Counted from the stretch's first letter, positions 1-9,813 are shown. The stretch is 19,450 bases of DNA from Candidatus Firestoneibacteriota bacterium (GCA_038042445.1 JBBTED010000015.1:6308-25757), one strand, 5' to 3'. The notes: generated by a model from the sequence alone, not told the origin. Numbers and translations: made by a program.

Positions 1-1104
<1,104 letters not shown>

Positions 1105-4100
1105 TTGAAAAAATTACTTAAGATTAAAGAATCAAAACAAGTGATAAGTATTGATAAAATTGATGTTAGGAAAGATTTTAATGCGATACGAGTTCGTCTT
1201 GCTTCTCCTGAATTAATCAAACAGTGGTCAAAGGGTGAGGTTAAAAAACCTGAAACTATTAATTATCGTACTTTTAAACCTGAAAAAGATGGGTTGTTTT
1301 GCGAAAAAATATTTGGTCCTACCAAAGATTGGGAATGTTATTGTGGAAAATACAAAAGAATAAAACATAAAGAGGTTGTATGTGACAGATGCGGAGTGCA
1401 AGTTACAGTTTCCAAGGTAAGACGTGAAAGAATGGGACATATAGAACTTGCTACGCCTGTTTCACATATATGGTTTTTAAAAACTGTTCCCAGTAGAATG
1501 GGAGTTCTTTTGGATATACCGGTAAGAGATTTAGAAAGAGTTGTATATTATGAAAGCTATATAGTGGTTGATCCTGGTAATACACCACTTACGAAAAAGC
1601 AAATTTTAAATGAGGAAGAATATCAAAAGGCTCAGGCTGAACATGGTACGGCATTTAAAGCAAAAATGGGGGCAGATGCAATAAAAGATTTGCTAAAAGA
1701 ATTTAATCTTGAACTTCTTGCGAAGAGCTTGCGTGATGAAATGAAAAAAGTAGAATCTGTTCAGCGTAAAAAAGAAGTAATAAAAAGATTGAAAATAGTT
1801 GATGCATTTAGACGTTCAGGAAATAAACCTGAATGGATAATTCTTGATGTTATTCCTGTTTTGCCACCAGATTTAAGGCCGCTTGTTCCTCTTGATGGTG
1901 GACGTTTTGCAACTTCTGATTTAAATGATCTTTATCGCAGAGTAATAAATAGGAATAATCGATTAAAGAGATTAATAGAATTGAAAGCACCAGACATAAT
2001 TCTTAACAATGAAAAGAGAATGTTGCAGGAAGCTGTGGATGCACTTTTTGACAATGGTCGAAGAGGTCATCCGATAAAAGGTCAGGGAAATAGACCTCTA
2101 AAATCTTTAAGTGATATGCTTAAGGGAAAACAAGGTAGATTTAGACAAAATTTACTTGGAAAAAGGGTTGACTATTCAGGCCGTTCAGTCATAGTAGTTG
2201 GTCCTGAGTTAAAATTACATCAATGTGGATTACCTAAGAAGATGGCACTTGAGCTTTTTAAGCCATTTGTTATAAAGAAATTAGAAGATAGAGGTTTTGT
2301 TCATACTGTAAAAAGTGCTAAAAGGATGGTTGAAAAAGTTAAACCCGAAGTTTGGGAAGTGCTTGAAGAAGTAATACAAGAGCATCCTATTTTATTAAAT
2401 AGAGCTCCAACCTTACATCGTCAGGGAGTACAGGCATTTGAACCTATACTAATTGAAGGGAAAGCACTACGTATTCATCCGTTGGTTTGTACTGCTTTCA
2501 ATGCTGATTTTGATGGAGATCAAATGGCTGTGCATATTCCTCTTTCTCCTGAGGCTATTGCTGAAGCTCGTTTGCTTATGCTTGCAACAAACAATATATT
2601 TTCAACATCAAATGGCAAACCATTAGTTGTGCCGAGTCAGGATATTGTTTTAGGATGTTATTATTTGACTAAAATGAAAGATGGATGTAAAGGAGAAGGA
2701 AAGATTTTTACATCAATTGATGAAGCAGTTATGGCGTATTATCATAAAGTAGTTGATTTGCATGCAAAAGTAAAAATAAGGTGTAAAGATAAAATAATTG
2801 ATACTGCTGTGGGTAGAATTATATTTAATAGTATCTTGCCGGAAAAGCTAAGATTTGTTAATAGTGAAATGAATAAAAAAGCATTGTCACAATTGGTTGA
2901 AAATTGTTTCAAAAATCTGGGAAATTATGCAACAATAAATTTGCTGGATGCTGTGAAGGAAACTGGATTTAAATATGCAACTTTGGCGGGTATAACAGTT
3001 TCAATAGATGATATGAAAATACCTTTTAGGAAAAAAGAGTTTATAACTGAAGCATGGAAAGATGTTGAAGATATTGAGTCACAGTATAAAAAAGGTATAA
3101 TAACAATGGGTGAAAGATACAATAAGATAATCGATCTTTGGACGCATGTTACAGATAGAGTAGCAGATGCAATGTTAAAAGAACTTGCGGAAGATAAGAA
3201 AGGTTTTAATCCAGTTTTTATGATGGTAGATTCAGGATCTCGTGGAAGCAAACAGCAAATTAGACAACTTGCGGGTATGAGGGGTCTTATGGCAAAGCCA
3301 CAGCAACGTATAAGTGGACAGATGGGTGAAATAATTGAGCAACCGATAATTGCAAATTTCAGGGAAGGATTAACTGTGCTTGAGTATTTTATTTCAACTC
3401 ATGGTGCAAGAAAAGGGTTGGCAGATACAGCGCTTAAAACTGCGGATGCCGGATACCTTACGAGACGCTTAGTGGATGTTGCGCAAGATATTATAATTAC
3501 AGAAGACAATTGTGGAACTCTAAATGGTATTACCATAGGTGCAATAAAAGAAGGTGCTGATATTATGGAGCCATTGAGAGATAGGATAATAGGTAGATTT
3601 GCTGTAGATAATGTTGCAGATATACTTACAGATGAGATATTGATTAAAGCTAATGAAGAGATAACAGAGGAAAAAGCTTCTAAAATAGAAGAGGCAGGAA
3701 TTGAAAAAATAAGAATACGTTCAGTATTAACCTGTGAAAGTAAATGGGGGGTTTGTGCGAAGTGTTATGGCTGGGATTTGGGTAAAAAGAGATTGGTTAA
3801 TTTAGGTGAAGCAGTTGGTATAATTGCTGCTCAGTCTATTGGTGAACCTGGTACACAGCTTACATTAAGAACATTTCATATAGGGGGAACTGCTGCACGC
3901 GTTATAGAACAGTCAAAAATACAATCAAAATTCGGAGGTGTAGTTAGATACCATAATTTGCGAGTTATAAAAAATAGGATGAATGAATTAATAGTTTTAA
4001 ATAGGAATGGTGAAATAACAATACACGATGAAACTGGCAAAGAAAGAGAGATTTATCTTATTCCTTATGGTGCAGTATTGCTGGTTGATGATGGTCAAAA

Positions 4101-5208
4101 AGTTAAGAAAAATGATGCAATTTCCAAGTGGGATTTATATACTATCCCTATTTTTACAGAATTTGGTGGAAAATTAAAATTCACAGATATAGTTGAAGGT
4201 AGAACTATGCGTGAAGAGGTTGATCTAACTACTAATCTTGTTGCGAGAGTTATAATTGAGCATAAAGAAGAACATTTGCATCCAAGGATAAAGATTGTTA
4301 ATAAATCCGGCACAGAACTTATGAGTTATAGTATAGCTACAGGAGCAATGTTGTCTGTTACTGATGGTGATCAAGTTTTGCCGGGTGATATAATTGCAAA
4401 AATTCCAAGAGAGATAAGTAAAACACGTGATATAACTGGTGGTTTGCCAAGAGTAGCGGAATTGTTTGAAGCCAGAAAACCAAAAGATTATGCGACTATA
4501 ACGGAAATTGATGGAATTGTTAATATTGGGTCAATTACTAAAGGTATGTTGCAAATAATTGTAAAACATGATGGTGGTGTTGAAAAAGAATATTTGGTGC
4601 CTCAAGGAAAACATCTTAATGTTTATGATGGCGACAGAGTTAAAGCTGGAGATGTTTTAACTGATGGGTCTATTAATCCGCATGATATATTGCGTGTTAA
4701 AGGTGAATATGCTGCACAAGAATATTTAGTAGAGAAAGTTCAGGAAGTATATAAACTTCAGGGTGTAACAGTAAATGATAAACATATAGAAGTTATTGTG
4801 AGGCAAATGTTGCGTAAGATAAGAATAGAAGATTCAGGAGATACAGAGTTTCTTATTGACCAGCAGGTAGATAAAATTATTTTTAATGATGAAAATGAGA
4901 AAATGCTAAAAAAGAAGAAAAAACCTGCAATTGCAAAACCAATGCTTCTTGGAATAACAAAAGCGGCATTAAGTACAGAAAGTTATATTTCCGCTGCTTC
5001 ATTCCAGGAAACTACTCGTGTTTTAACAGAAGCTGCTATAAGTGGTAAAATGGATGAATTGCGTGGGCTTAAAGAAAATGTTATAATGGGTCATTTAATA
5101 CCGGCAGGTACAGGAATATCTCGTTATAGAAATATAAGTATAGCAGATGATGTAATAAAAATATTAGAAGAAGAAGCTAACGAAGAAAAAATAGTAGAAA
5201 GTAGGTAG
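1105..5208 (+). CDS. rpoC: DNA-directed RNA polymerase subunit beta'
   Basis: Zn finger CYCGKY..CDRCGV, catalytic NADFDGD (2500-2520), and motifs [37 protein letters not shown] and SAASFQETT. Confidence 0.99.
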   Translation: MKKLLKIKESKQVISIDKIDVRKDFNAIRVRLASPELIKQWSKGEVKKPETINYRTFKPEKDGLFCEKIFGPTKDWECYCGKYKRIKHKEVVCDRCGVQVTVSKVRRERMGHIELATPVSHIWFLKTVPSRMGVLLDIPVRDLERVVYYESYIVVDPGNTPLTKKQILNEEEYQKAQAEHGTAFKAKMGADAIKDLLKEFNLELLAKSLRDEMKKVESVQRKKEVIKRLKIVDAFRRSGNKPEWIILDVIPVLPPDLRPLVPLDGGRFATSDLNDLYRRVINRNNRLKRLIELKAPDIILNNEKRMLQEAVDALFDNGRRGHPIKGQGNRPLKSLSDMLKGKQGRFRQNLLGKRVDYSGRSVIVVGPELKLHQCGLPKKMALELFKPFVIKKLEDRGFVHTVKSAKRMVEKVKPEVWEVLEEVIQEHPILLNRAPTLHRQGVQAFEPILIEGKALRIHPLVCTAFNADFDGDQMAVHIPLSPEAIAEARLLMLATNNIFSTSNGKPLVVPSQDIVLGCYYLTKMKDGCKGEGKIFTSIDEAVMAYYHKVVDLHAKVKIRCKDKIIDTAVGRIIFNSILPEKLRFVNSEMNKKALSQLVENCFKNLGNYATINLLDAVKETGFKYATLAGITVSIDDMKIPFRKKEFITEAWKDVEDIESQYKKGIITMGERYNKIIDLWTHVTDRVADAMLKELAEDKKGFNPVFMMVDSGSRGSKQQIRQLAGMRGLMAKPQQRISGQMGEIIEQPIIANFREGLTVLEYFISTHGARKGLADTALKTADAGYLTRRLVDVAQDIIITEDNCGTLNGITIGAIKEGADIMEPLRDRIIGRFAVDNVADILTDEILIKANEEITEEKASKIEEAGIEKIRIRSVLTCESKWGVCAKCYGWDLGKKRLVNLGEAVGIIAAQSIGEPGTQLTLRTFHIGGTAARVIEQSKIQSKFGGVVRYHNLRVIKNRMNELIVLNRNGEITIHDETGKEREIYLIPYGAVLLVDDGQKVKKNDAISKWDLYTIPIFTEFGGKLKFTDIVEGRTMREEVDLTTNLVARVIIEHKEEHLHPRIKIVNKSGTELMSYSIATGAMLSVTDGDQVLPGDIIAKIPREISKTRDITGGLPRVAELFEARKPKDYATITEIDGIVNIGSITKGMLQIIVKHDGGVEKEYLVPQGKHLNVYDGDRVKAGDVLTDGSINPHDILRVKGEYAAQEYLVEKVQEVYKLQGVTVNDKHIEVIVRQMLRKIRIEDSGDTEFLIDQQVDKIIFNDENEKMLKKKKKPAIAKPMLLGITKAALSTESYISAASFQETTRVLTEAAISGKMDELRGLKENVIMGHLIPAGTGISRYRNISIADDVIKILEEEANEEKIVESR

Positions 5209-5211
5209 TAG
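5191..5211 (+). repeat. Short heptamer tract (NNAGTAG x3) overlapping the rpoC stop
   Basis: ATAGTAG AAAGTAG GTAGTAG; the same unit forms the tract at 6938-6997. Confidence 0.5.
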
Positions 5212-5213
5212 TC

Positions 5214-5264
5214 GTAGGGGCGAGTTTACTCGCCCAATAAATGGGCAGGTAAACCTGCCCCTAC
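5214..5264. repeat. Inverted doublet of GTAG-type REP sequences (REPIN/BIME-like)
   Basis: GTAG-GGGCGAG-TTTA-CTCGCCC (5214-5235, +), a 7-nt spacer, then GTAG-GGGCAGG-TTTA-CCTGCCC (5264-5243, -). Both have perfect 7-bp stems with compensatory differences. Confidence 0.85.
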
Positions 5265-5287
5265 TTACAAAAGGGAGGGGAAAGTTT

Positions 5288-5917
5288 ATGGTTGATTTAA
5301 AAGAAATTGCTGACAATGTTATAAAAGGTCAGGCTTCAAAAGTAAAAGAATTGGTTCAACAGGCTATTGATGCAAAAACACCTGTTAAAGAAATTTTAGA
5401 AAAAGGACTTATAGCTGGTATGAATGTTGTTGGTGCTAAATTTAAGAACAATGAATTTTACGTTCCAGAAGTTTTAATTGCAGCAAGAGCAATGCATGCT
5501 GGTATGAATTTACTTAAGCCACTTTTAGTTAGCGCAGGTATAAAGCTACTTGGAACAGTTGTGGTAGGTACAGTAAAGGGAGATTTGCATGATATAGGTA
5601 AAAATCTTGTTTCTATGATGCTTCAAGGTGCTGGGTTTAACGTTGTAGACATTGGCATAGATGTTACACCTGAAAAATTCGCATCAGCAGTTAAGGAAAA
5701 TAATGCGGGATTAGTTGCTATGTCTGCACTTTTAACTACAACTATGATTTCAATGAAACCAACTATTGATTTACTGAAAGGTCAGGGAATTAATGTAAAA
5801 ACAATGATAGGTGGAGCTCCAGTTACTCAGACTTATGCTGATGAAATAGGGGCAAATGGTTATGCAGCAGATGCGGCATCAGCAGTTGATACAGCGAAAC
5901 AGTTGTTGGGTATATAA
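5288..5917 (+). CDS. Cobalamin-binding (corrinoid) protein, methyltransferase-cognate / MetH B12 module-like
   Basis: N-terminal cap domain (GLIAGMNVVGAKFKNNEFYVPEVL), DxHxxG motif GDLHDIGKNLV, plus SALLTTT and IGGAP. SD-like GGGAGGGG at 5273-5280. Confidence 0.93.
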   Translation: MVDLKEIADNVIKGQASKVKELVQQAIDAKTPVKEILEKGLIAGMNVVGAKFKNNEFYVPEVLIAARAMHAGMNLLKPLLVSAGIKLLGTVVVGTVKGDLHDIGKNLVSMMLQGAGFNVVDIGIDVTPEKFASAVKENNAGLVAMSALLTTTMISMKPTIDLLKGQGINVKTMIGGAPVTQTYADEIGANGYAADAASAVDTAKQLLGI

Positions 5918-5934
5918 TCCGATTAAATTCTGTA

Positions 5935-5974
5935 AATGGGGCTGTTACATAAAGTGACAGCCCTATTGTTTTTT
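5935..5974 (+). terminator. Rho-independent terminator
   Basis: AATGGGGCTGTTAC-ATAAA-GTGACAGCCCTATT forms a 14-bp stem with two G-U pairs, followed by GTTTTTT, 17 nt after the corrinoid gene stop. Confidence 0.8.
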
Positions 5975-5983
5975 GTATATAAT
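5954..5983 (+). promoter_or_regulatory. Putative sigma70 promoter for the PPIase pair
   Basis: GTGACA (5954-5959), 18-nt spacer, TATAAT (5978-5983); overlaps the terminator. Confidence 0.45.
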
Positions 5984-5985
5984 AT

Positions 5986-6007
5986 GTAGTTGCCGATTTA
6001 TCGGCAT
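5986..6007 (+). repeat. Single GTAG-type REP
   Basis: GTAG-TTGCCGA-TTTA-TCGGCAT has the same 4+7+TTTA+7 architecture as 5214-5264, with a different 6-bp stem. Confidence 0.7.
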
Positions 6008-6020
6008 AATTTGTTGGGAA

Positions 6021-6944
6021 ATGTATACAAATCTCAAAATATATTTTATAGTTGTATTTATCACACTCCTTATTTTTGGGTGCAAGAAAGATATAGAAAT
6101 TAAGAATGTTTTCCCAAGAGATAAAATAATTGCAGAAGTTAATGATTCAGTTATAACCTTGTCCGATTTTTCAAAAAAATTTAAAATTATGCAATCCCAC
6201 TATATAGATTTAATGACTACAGGGAAAAATATATTAACAAAACAGGAAGTATTAGATAGACTTATAGAGAGAAAACTAATATTGCAGGAGGCGAAAAAAA
6301 TAAAATTAGACGTTACAAATAAAGAAGTAAATTTAGTATTTGAGAAATTATATAATAATGATAATACGAATAAAATTTCCCAATATGAGTTTAAAGAAGA
6401 AATAGCTGAGCAATTGTTAGTTGAAAAAGTCATAAATAACGGAATAAATGATAAAATAATTATTTCTGATGAAGAAGCAAAAAAATATTATAATCAACAT
6501 TCTGAAGAATTTAGACAAGAATTTGAAGTAAGAGCAAGTCAGATTTTAGTAGCTACTTTTGAAGAAGCTAATTCAATTAAGTCGCAATTAAATCGAGGCG
6601 AGGATTTCGCAAAAATTGCAGGAGAAAAATCTCTAAGTCCTGATAAAATTAATGGTGGTGATTTAGGTTATTTTGGTAAAGCTGATATGCCTGCAGAATT
6701 TGTTAATACTACTTTTAAGCTTAAAATCGGACAAATAAGTGATATAATTAAAACAGAATATGGGTATCATATATTGAAAGTTACAGATAAAAAAGAAAGT
6801 GGAAAAGTGTCGCTTGTATCTGTAGTAGATACTATAAAAGAAAAATTGAAAAAAGAAAGAGCAGAGAAAGAATTCTATGGTTGGATAAGAGGTTTAAGAG
6901 AAAGGGCAAAGGTGATAATAAATGAGGATTTTATTAAACAGTAG
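6021..6944 (+). CDS. Parvulin-type peptidyl-prolyl isomerase lipoprotein (PrsA/SurA-like)
   Basis: Start reassigned to ATG 6021, giving signal peptide MYTNLKIYFIVVFITLLIFGC with a lipobox Cys. SurA-N-like region (IAEVNDSVIT, LIERKLILQEA) and rotamase domain (VRASQILV, GEDFAKIA..KS, GGDLGYF, YGYHILKV). Confidence 0.9.
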   Translation: MYTNLKIYFIVVFITLLIFGCKKDIEIKNVFPRDKIIAEVNDSVITLSDFSKKFKIMQSHYIDLMTTGKNILTKQEVLDRLIERKLILQEAKKIKLDVTNKEVNLVFEKLYNNDNTNKISQYEFKEEIAEQLLVEKVINNGINDKIIISDEEAKKYYNQHSEEFRQEFEVRASQILVATFEEANSIKSQLNRGEDFAKIAGEKSLSPDKINGGDLGYFGKADMPAEFVNTTFKLKIGQISDIIKTEYGYHILKVTDKKESGKVSLVSVVDTIKEKLKKERAEKEFYGWIRGLRERAKVIINEDFIKQ

Positions 6945-6997
6945 GCAGGATATAAAAGTAGATAGTATAAGAGTAGAGAGTAGACAGAATATAGCAT
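6938..6997 (+). repeat. Degenerate heptamer tandem repeat (consensus ANAGTAG)
   Basis: ACAGTAG GCAGGAT (ATA) AAAGTAG ATAGTAT (A) AGAGTAG AGAGTAG ACAGAAT ATAGCAT fills the gap between the two PPIase genes. Confidence 0.65.
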
Positions 6998-6999
6998 AT

Positions 7000-7980
7000 A
7001 TGAAAAAATACCTATCCACTATTTTTATTATTGTGTGTTTATCTGTTAAAGTAGTTTTTGCAGGTAGTATTGTGGATAAAGTGGTTGCGATAGTTAATGA
7101 CGATGTCATTTTGATGTCTGAATTAAATGCTGTCCTTAATCCAATTCTAACTGAAAATGCTGATAAATTTAAAAGTGAAGATGGCAAGAAAAAATTACAG
7201 GAACTTAAGAAAGAAATGTTAAATCGTATGATAGACGAAAGATTGATAATTCAGGAAGCTAAAAAACAAAATGTAGAATTAAGTAAAGGTGAAACTGAAA
7301 CTCAGCTAAAGGAAATGAAATCGCGATTTCCAGATGAGGCTACTTTTGATGAAGCATTAAGGCGTGAAAATCTTACGTTGGAAGTTTATAAAGAAAGATT
7401 AAAAGAAAATATAATGGCGCAAAAATTAGTATCTAAGTCAGTAAGTGCTAAAATAGCAGTTACAGATAAAGAGGTTAAAGAGTATTACGACAAAAAGAAA
7501 AATGAGTTTAAAGAATCTCTAAAAATGAAAGTTCGTCACATTTTAATAAAGATTACTAATACTGAAGATGTTGCATATAATAAAGCAAAAGAAATTTTAG
7601 GAAAAATAAAAAATGGTGATGATTTTAGCAAAATTGCCAAAGAATATTCTGATGATGAAACTACAAAAGAAATAGGTGGAGATTTGGGAATCATAAAAAA
7701 AGGTGATATGATTAAGGAATTTGATGATGCTGCATTCTCACTTTCATCAGGAGAAGTCAGCAGTATTATAAAAACGCCACTTGGATTACATATTATAAAA
7801 GTCGATGAAGTTGTCCAACCAAAGCAGTTTGTACTTACTGATATTATAGATACTGCTGGTGGTAAAATGACAGTGGAAGAATTTATAAGTTTAAAATTAT
7901 CTCAGGATAAATTTAAAAGTAAAATGGATGAATTAGTGAAAGAATTAAAATCAAAAGCAATAATAGAAATAAAATTATAG
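7000..7980 (+). CDS. SurA-like periplasmic chaperone / parvulin PPIase
   Basis: Start reassigned to ATG 7000 (signal peptide MKKYLSTIFIIVCLSVKVVFA). SurA N-terminal motif VDKVVAIVNDDVILMSEL and a single rotamase domain (VRHILI, GDDFSKIAKEYS, GGDLG, GLHIIKV). Confidence 0.9.
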   Translation: MKKYLSTIFIIVCLSVKVVFAGSIVDKVVAIVNDDVILMSELNAVLNPILTENADKFKSEDGKKKLQELKKEMLNRMIDERLIIQEAKKQNVELSKGETETQLKEMKSRFPDEATFDEALRRENLTLEVYKERLKENIMAQKLVSKSVSAKIAVTDKEVKEYYDKKKNEFKESLKMKVRHILIKITNTEDVAYNKAKEILGKIKNGDDFSKIAKEYSDDETTKEIGGDLGIIKKGDMIKEFDDAAFSLSSGEVSSIIKTPLGLHIIKVDEVVQPKQFVLTDIIDTAGGKMTVEEFISLKLSQDKFKSKMDELVKELKSKAIIEIKL

Positions 7981-8056
7981 TCCGGCGGAAGAAAACGGAC
8001 CATAAATAGAAAATTATAGTCCGGTGAAAAAATACGGACCATAAATAGAAAATTAT
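7971..8056 (+). repeat. Tandem 39-bp hairpin repeat (2 units + 8 nt); copies 1-2 of a dispersed family
   Basis: AAAATTATAGTCCGGCGGAAGAAAACGGACCATAAATAG / AAAATTATAGTCCGGTGAAAAAATACGGACCATAAATAG / AAAATTAT. Each unit folds as TTATAGTCCG-N11-CGGACCATAA. Confidence 0.9.
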
Positions 8057-8088
8057 GATAAAATGATAACTTCTTCTGGGATTTGGCA

Positions 8089-8111
8089 ATAGGTCAGGCA
8101 TCTTGCCTGAC
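8089..8111 (+). repeat. REP-like palindrome
   Basis: ATAG-GTCAGGCA-TCT-TGCCTGAC: a perfect 8-bp stem preceded by a GTAG-like tetranucleotide, with no adjacent U-tract. Confidence 0.55.
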
Positions 8112-8152
8112 AAATCAGGAATTTTTTGTGAGGACAAGAATAAAACAATACG

Positions 8153-9364
8153 ATGAAATTTATTAAAGGTGGAATTAATACAGTATCTGGTGTTTTATCT
8201 GCGGCAGTTTCATGTGGAATAAAGAAAAAAAATAAACTGGATTTAGCAGTAATGTTTTCTAAAGTTTCTGCCAATGTCTCCGCAGTATTTACTACTAATC
8301 CTGTTAAATCTGCACCAGTAAAGTTGAATCAAAAGCATATTAAAAACTCAAAGGCACAGGCAATAATAGTAAATAGTGGCAATGCGAATGCCTGTACTGG
8401 TAAGAAGGGTATGTCTGATGCAATTGAGATGGTAACAGAAACAGCTAAATGCCTGAATTTAAAAAGTTCTGATGTGCTTGTTGCATCTACAGGAATAATA
8501 GGTGCATTTTTACCAATGAATAAAATATTAAAGGGGATAAAACAAGTATCTAATAGTCTTTCCTGTAATTCAGGTAGTAAAGTAGCCAAAGCAATTATGA
8601 CTACAGATACTATACCTAAAGAAATAGCAGTTGAATTTAAAATCAATAACAAAATTGTCAGATTAGCAGGTGTTGCAAAGGGGACTGGAATGATACAACC
8701 TAACTTAGCAACAATGCTATGTTTTTTATTTACCGATTTGGCAATTGATAGTAATCTTTTGAAAAATGCACTGGCAAGCTCTGTCCAGAAATCATTTAAT
8801 ATGATTACTGTAGATGGTGATATGAGCACTAATGATTCTGTGTTTATTATGGCAAATGGGCTTGCAGAAAATAAAATCATAACCAAAAAAGACGACAATT
8901 TTTATAAATTCAGTAAAGCGTTAGATACAATAACTATTTCTCTTGCAAAAATGTTGGTGAAAGATGGTGAGGGTTCTACAAAATTTGTTGAAATTACTGT
9001 AAAAAATGCAAAATCTTTTCAGGATGCCAAAAAAATAGCATTTTCAATAGCTAATTCAAAATTAGTTAAAACTGCAATTTTTGGCAGTGATCCAAATTGG
9101 GGAAGAATACTATGTGCAGCCGGAAATGCCGGAGTCCAATTTAATCCTGAAAAAATCGAACTTTTTCTTGGCAATAAATCATCAAAATTTATACAGGTAG
9201 TCAAAAATGGATGTGCTGTGGAACAGAAAAAAACAAAAAAAATCTTTAACAACAAAGAAATAAATATAATTGTAAATTTAAATCTTGGCAAAAAATCTGC
9301 AACAGTTTGGACCTGTGATTTAACCTCAAAATACATAGACATAAACGCCCACTACCATACATAA
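8153..9364 (+). CDS. argJ: Ornithine acetyltransferase / N-acetylglutamate synthase ArgJ
   Basis: Motifs NSGNANACTG, VASTGIIG, IMTTDT, KGTGMIQPNLATML (autoproteolysis A|T), VDGDMSTND, KDGEGSTK, DPNWGRI and the C-terminal WTCDLT..YIDINAHYHT. Confidence 0.97.
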   Translation: MKFIKGGINTVSGVLSAAVSCGIKKKNKLDLAVMFSKVSANVSAVFTTNPVKSAPVKLNQKHIKNSKAQAIIVNSGNANACTGKKGMSDAIEMVTETAKCLNLKSSDVLVASTGIIGAFLPMNKILKGIKQVSNSLSCNSGSKVAKAIMTTDTIPKEIAVEFKINNKIVRLAGVAKGTGMIQPNLATMLCFLFTDLAIDSNLLKNALASSVQKSFNMITVDGDMSTNDSVFIMANGLAENKIITKKDDNFYKFSKALDTITISLAKMLVKDGEGSTKFVEITVKNAKSFQDAKKIAFSIANSKLVKTAIFGSDPNWGRILCAAGNAGVQFNPEKIELFLGNKSSKFIQVVKNGCAVEQKKTKKIFNNKEINIIVNLNLGKKSATVWTCDLTSKYIDINAHYHT

Positions 9365-9367
9365 ATA

Positions 9368-9397
9368 TGGACAGGCTAATTTAAAACTTGTTATAAT
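9368..9397 (+). promoter_or_regulatory. Putative extended -10 sigma70 promoter (probably leaderless transcript)
   Basis: TGGACA (9368-9373), 18-nt spacer, TG-T-TATAAT (9389-9397). ATG at 9405 lies 7 nt downstream; no SD. Confidence 0.65.
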
Positions 9398-9404
9398 TAT
9401 AGTG

Positions 9405-9809
9405 ATGAAAAAAATTAAAATTATATCTGGCAAAGTTGAAGTTGAGGCGGAATTGAATGATACTAAAACTGCTTCTTCAATATGGGGTGCATTGCCAATA
9501 ACAGGAAGTGTGAATACATGGGGAGATGAGATATATTTCAATATTCCAGTTAAGTGTGCTTCGGAAAATCAAAAAGAAGTTGTAGAATTAGGGGAGCTTG
9601 GATACTGGCTTCCTGGAAGTGCTTTTTGTATATTTTTTGGACCAACTCCTGCAAGCCGTGGCAATGAAATAAGGCCTGCTAATCCTGTCAATGTTTTTGG
9701 AAAAATCACAGGTGATGTTAAGATAAATGGTAAAATAGATTCAAGAGGTATTAAGGCATTAAGAGATGTTAGTGATGGTGATAAGATAATCATTGAAGCA
9801 GTAAAATAG
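9405..9809 (+). CDS. Cyclophilin-like fold protein (DUF369 / TM1367-like)
   Basis: Motifs LPITGSVNTWGDEIYF, GELGYWLPGSAFCIFFGPTP and PVNVFGKI. Start is ATG 9405 or GTG 9402. Confidence 0.85.
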   Translation: MKKIKIISGKVEVEAELNDTKTASSIWGALPITGSVNTWGDEIYFNIPVKCASENQKEVVELGELGYWLPGSAFCIFFGPTPASRGNEIRPANPVNVFGKITGDVKINGKIDSRGIKALRDVSDGDKIIIEAVK

Positions 9810-9813
9810 TAAA

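Noticed and set aside
5209..5287. Cobalamin riboswitch upstream of the corrinoid gene
   Set aside because: The spacer is only 79 nt, is explained by the REP doublet and SD, and has no B12-box consensus.
5973..6020. N-terminal extension of the first PPIase from TTG 5973
   Set aside because: It runs through the terminator tail, predicted promoter and REP. ATG 6021 gives a proper lipoprotein signal peptide.
6922..6999. N-terminal extension of the second PPIase from ATG 6922
   Set aside because: It overlaps the upstream gene and translates the heptamer tract. ATG 7000 gives a normal signal peptide.
7971..8056. Mini-CRISPR array interpretation of the tandem repeat
   Set aside because: The variable segment is only ~9 nt and similar between units, there are only two units, no cas genes are present, and dispersed single copies exist elsewhere.
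8126..8150. Possible fifth degenerate copy of the 39-bp element before the argJ ATG (AAGAATAAAACAATA)
   Set aside because: It resembles only the 3' half of copy 3, lacks the left stem arm, and is low complexity.
8051..8152. ARG box or Fur box upstream of argJ (ATGATAAAATGATAAC)
   Set aside because: No TGAAT..ATTCA palindrome, and the Fur-like match is partial and expected by chance in AT-rich DNA.
7913..8274. Minus-strand ORFs 7913-8137 and 8053-8274
   Set aside because: They overlap real genes antisense, and the repeated peptide IIFYLWSVFF simply reflects the DNA tandem repeat.
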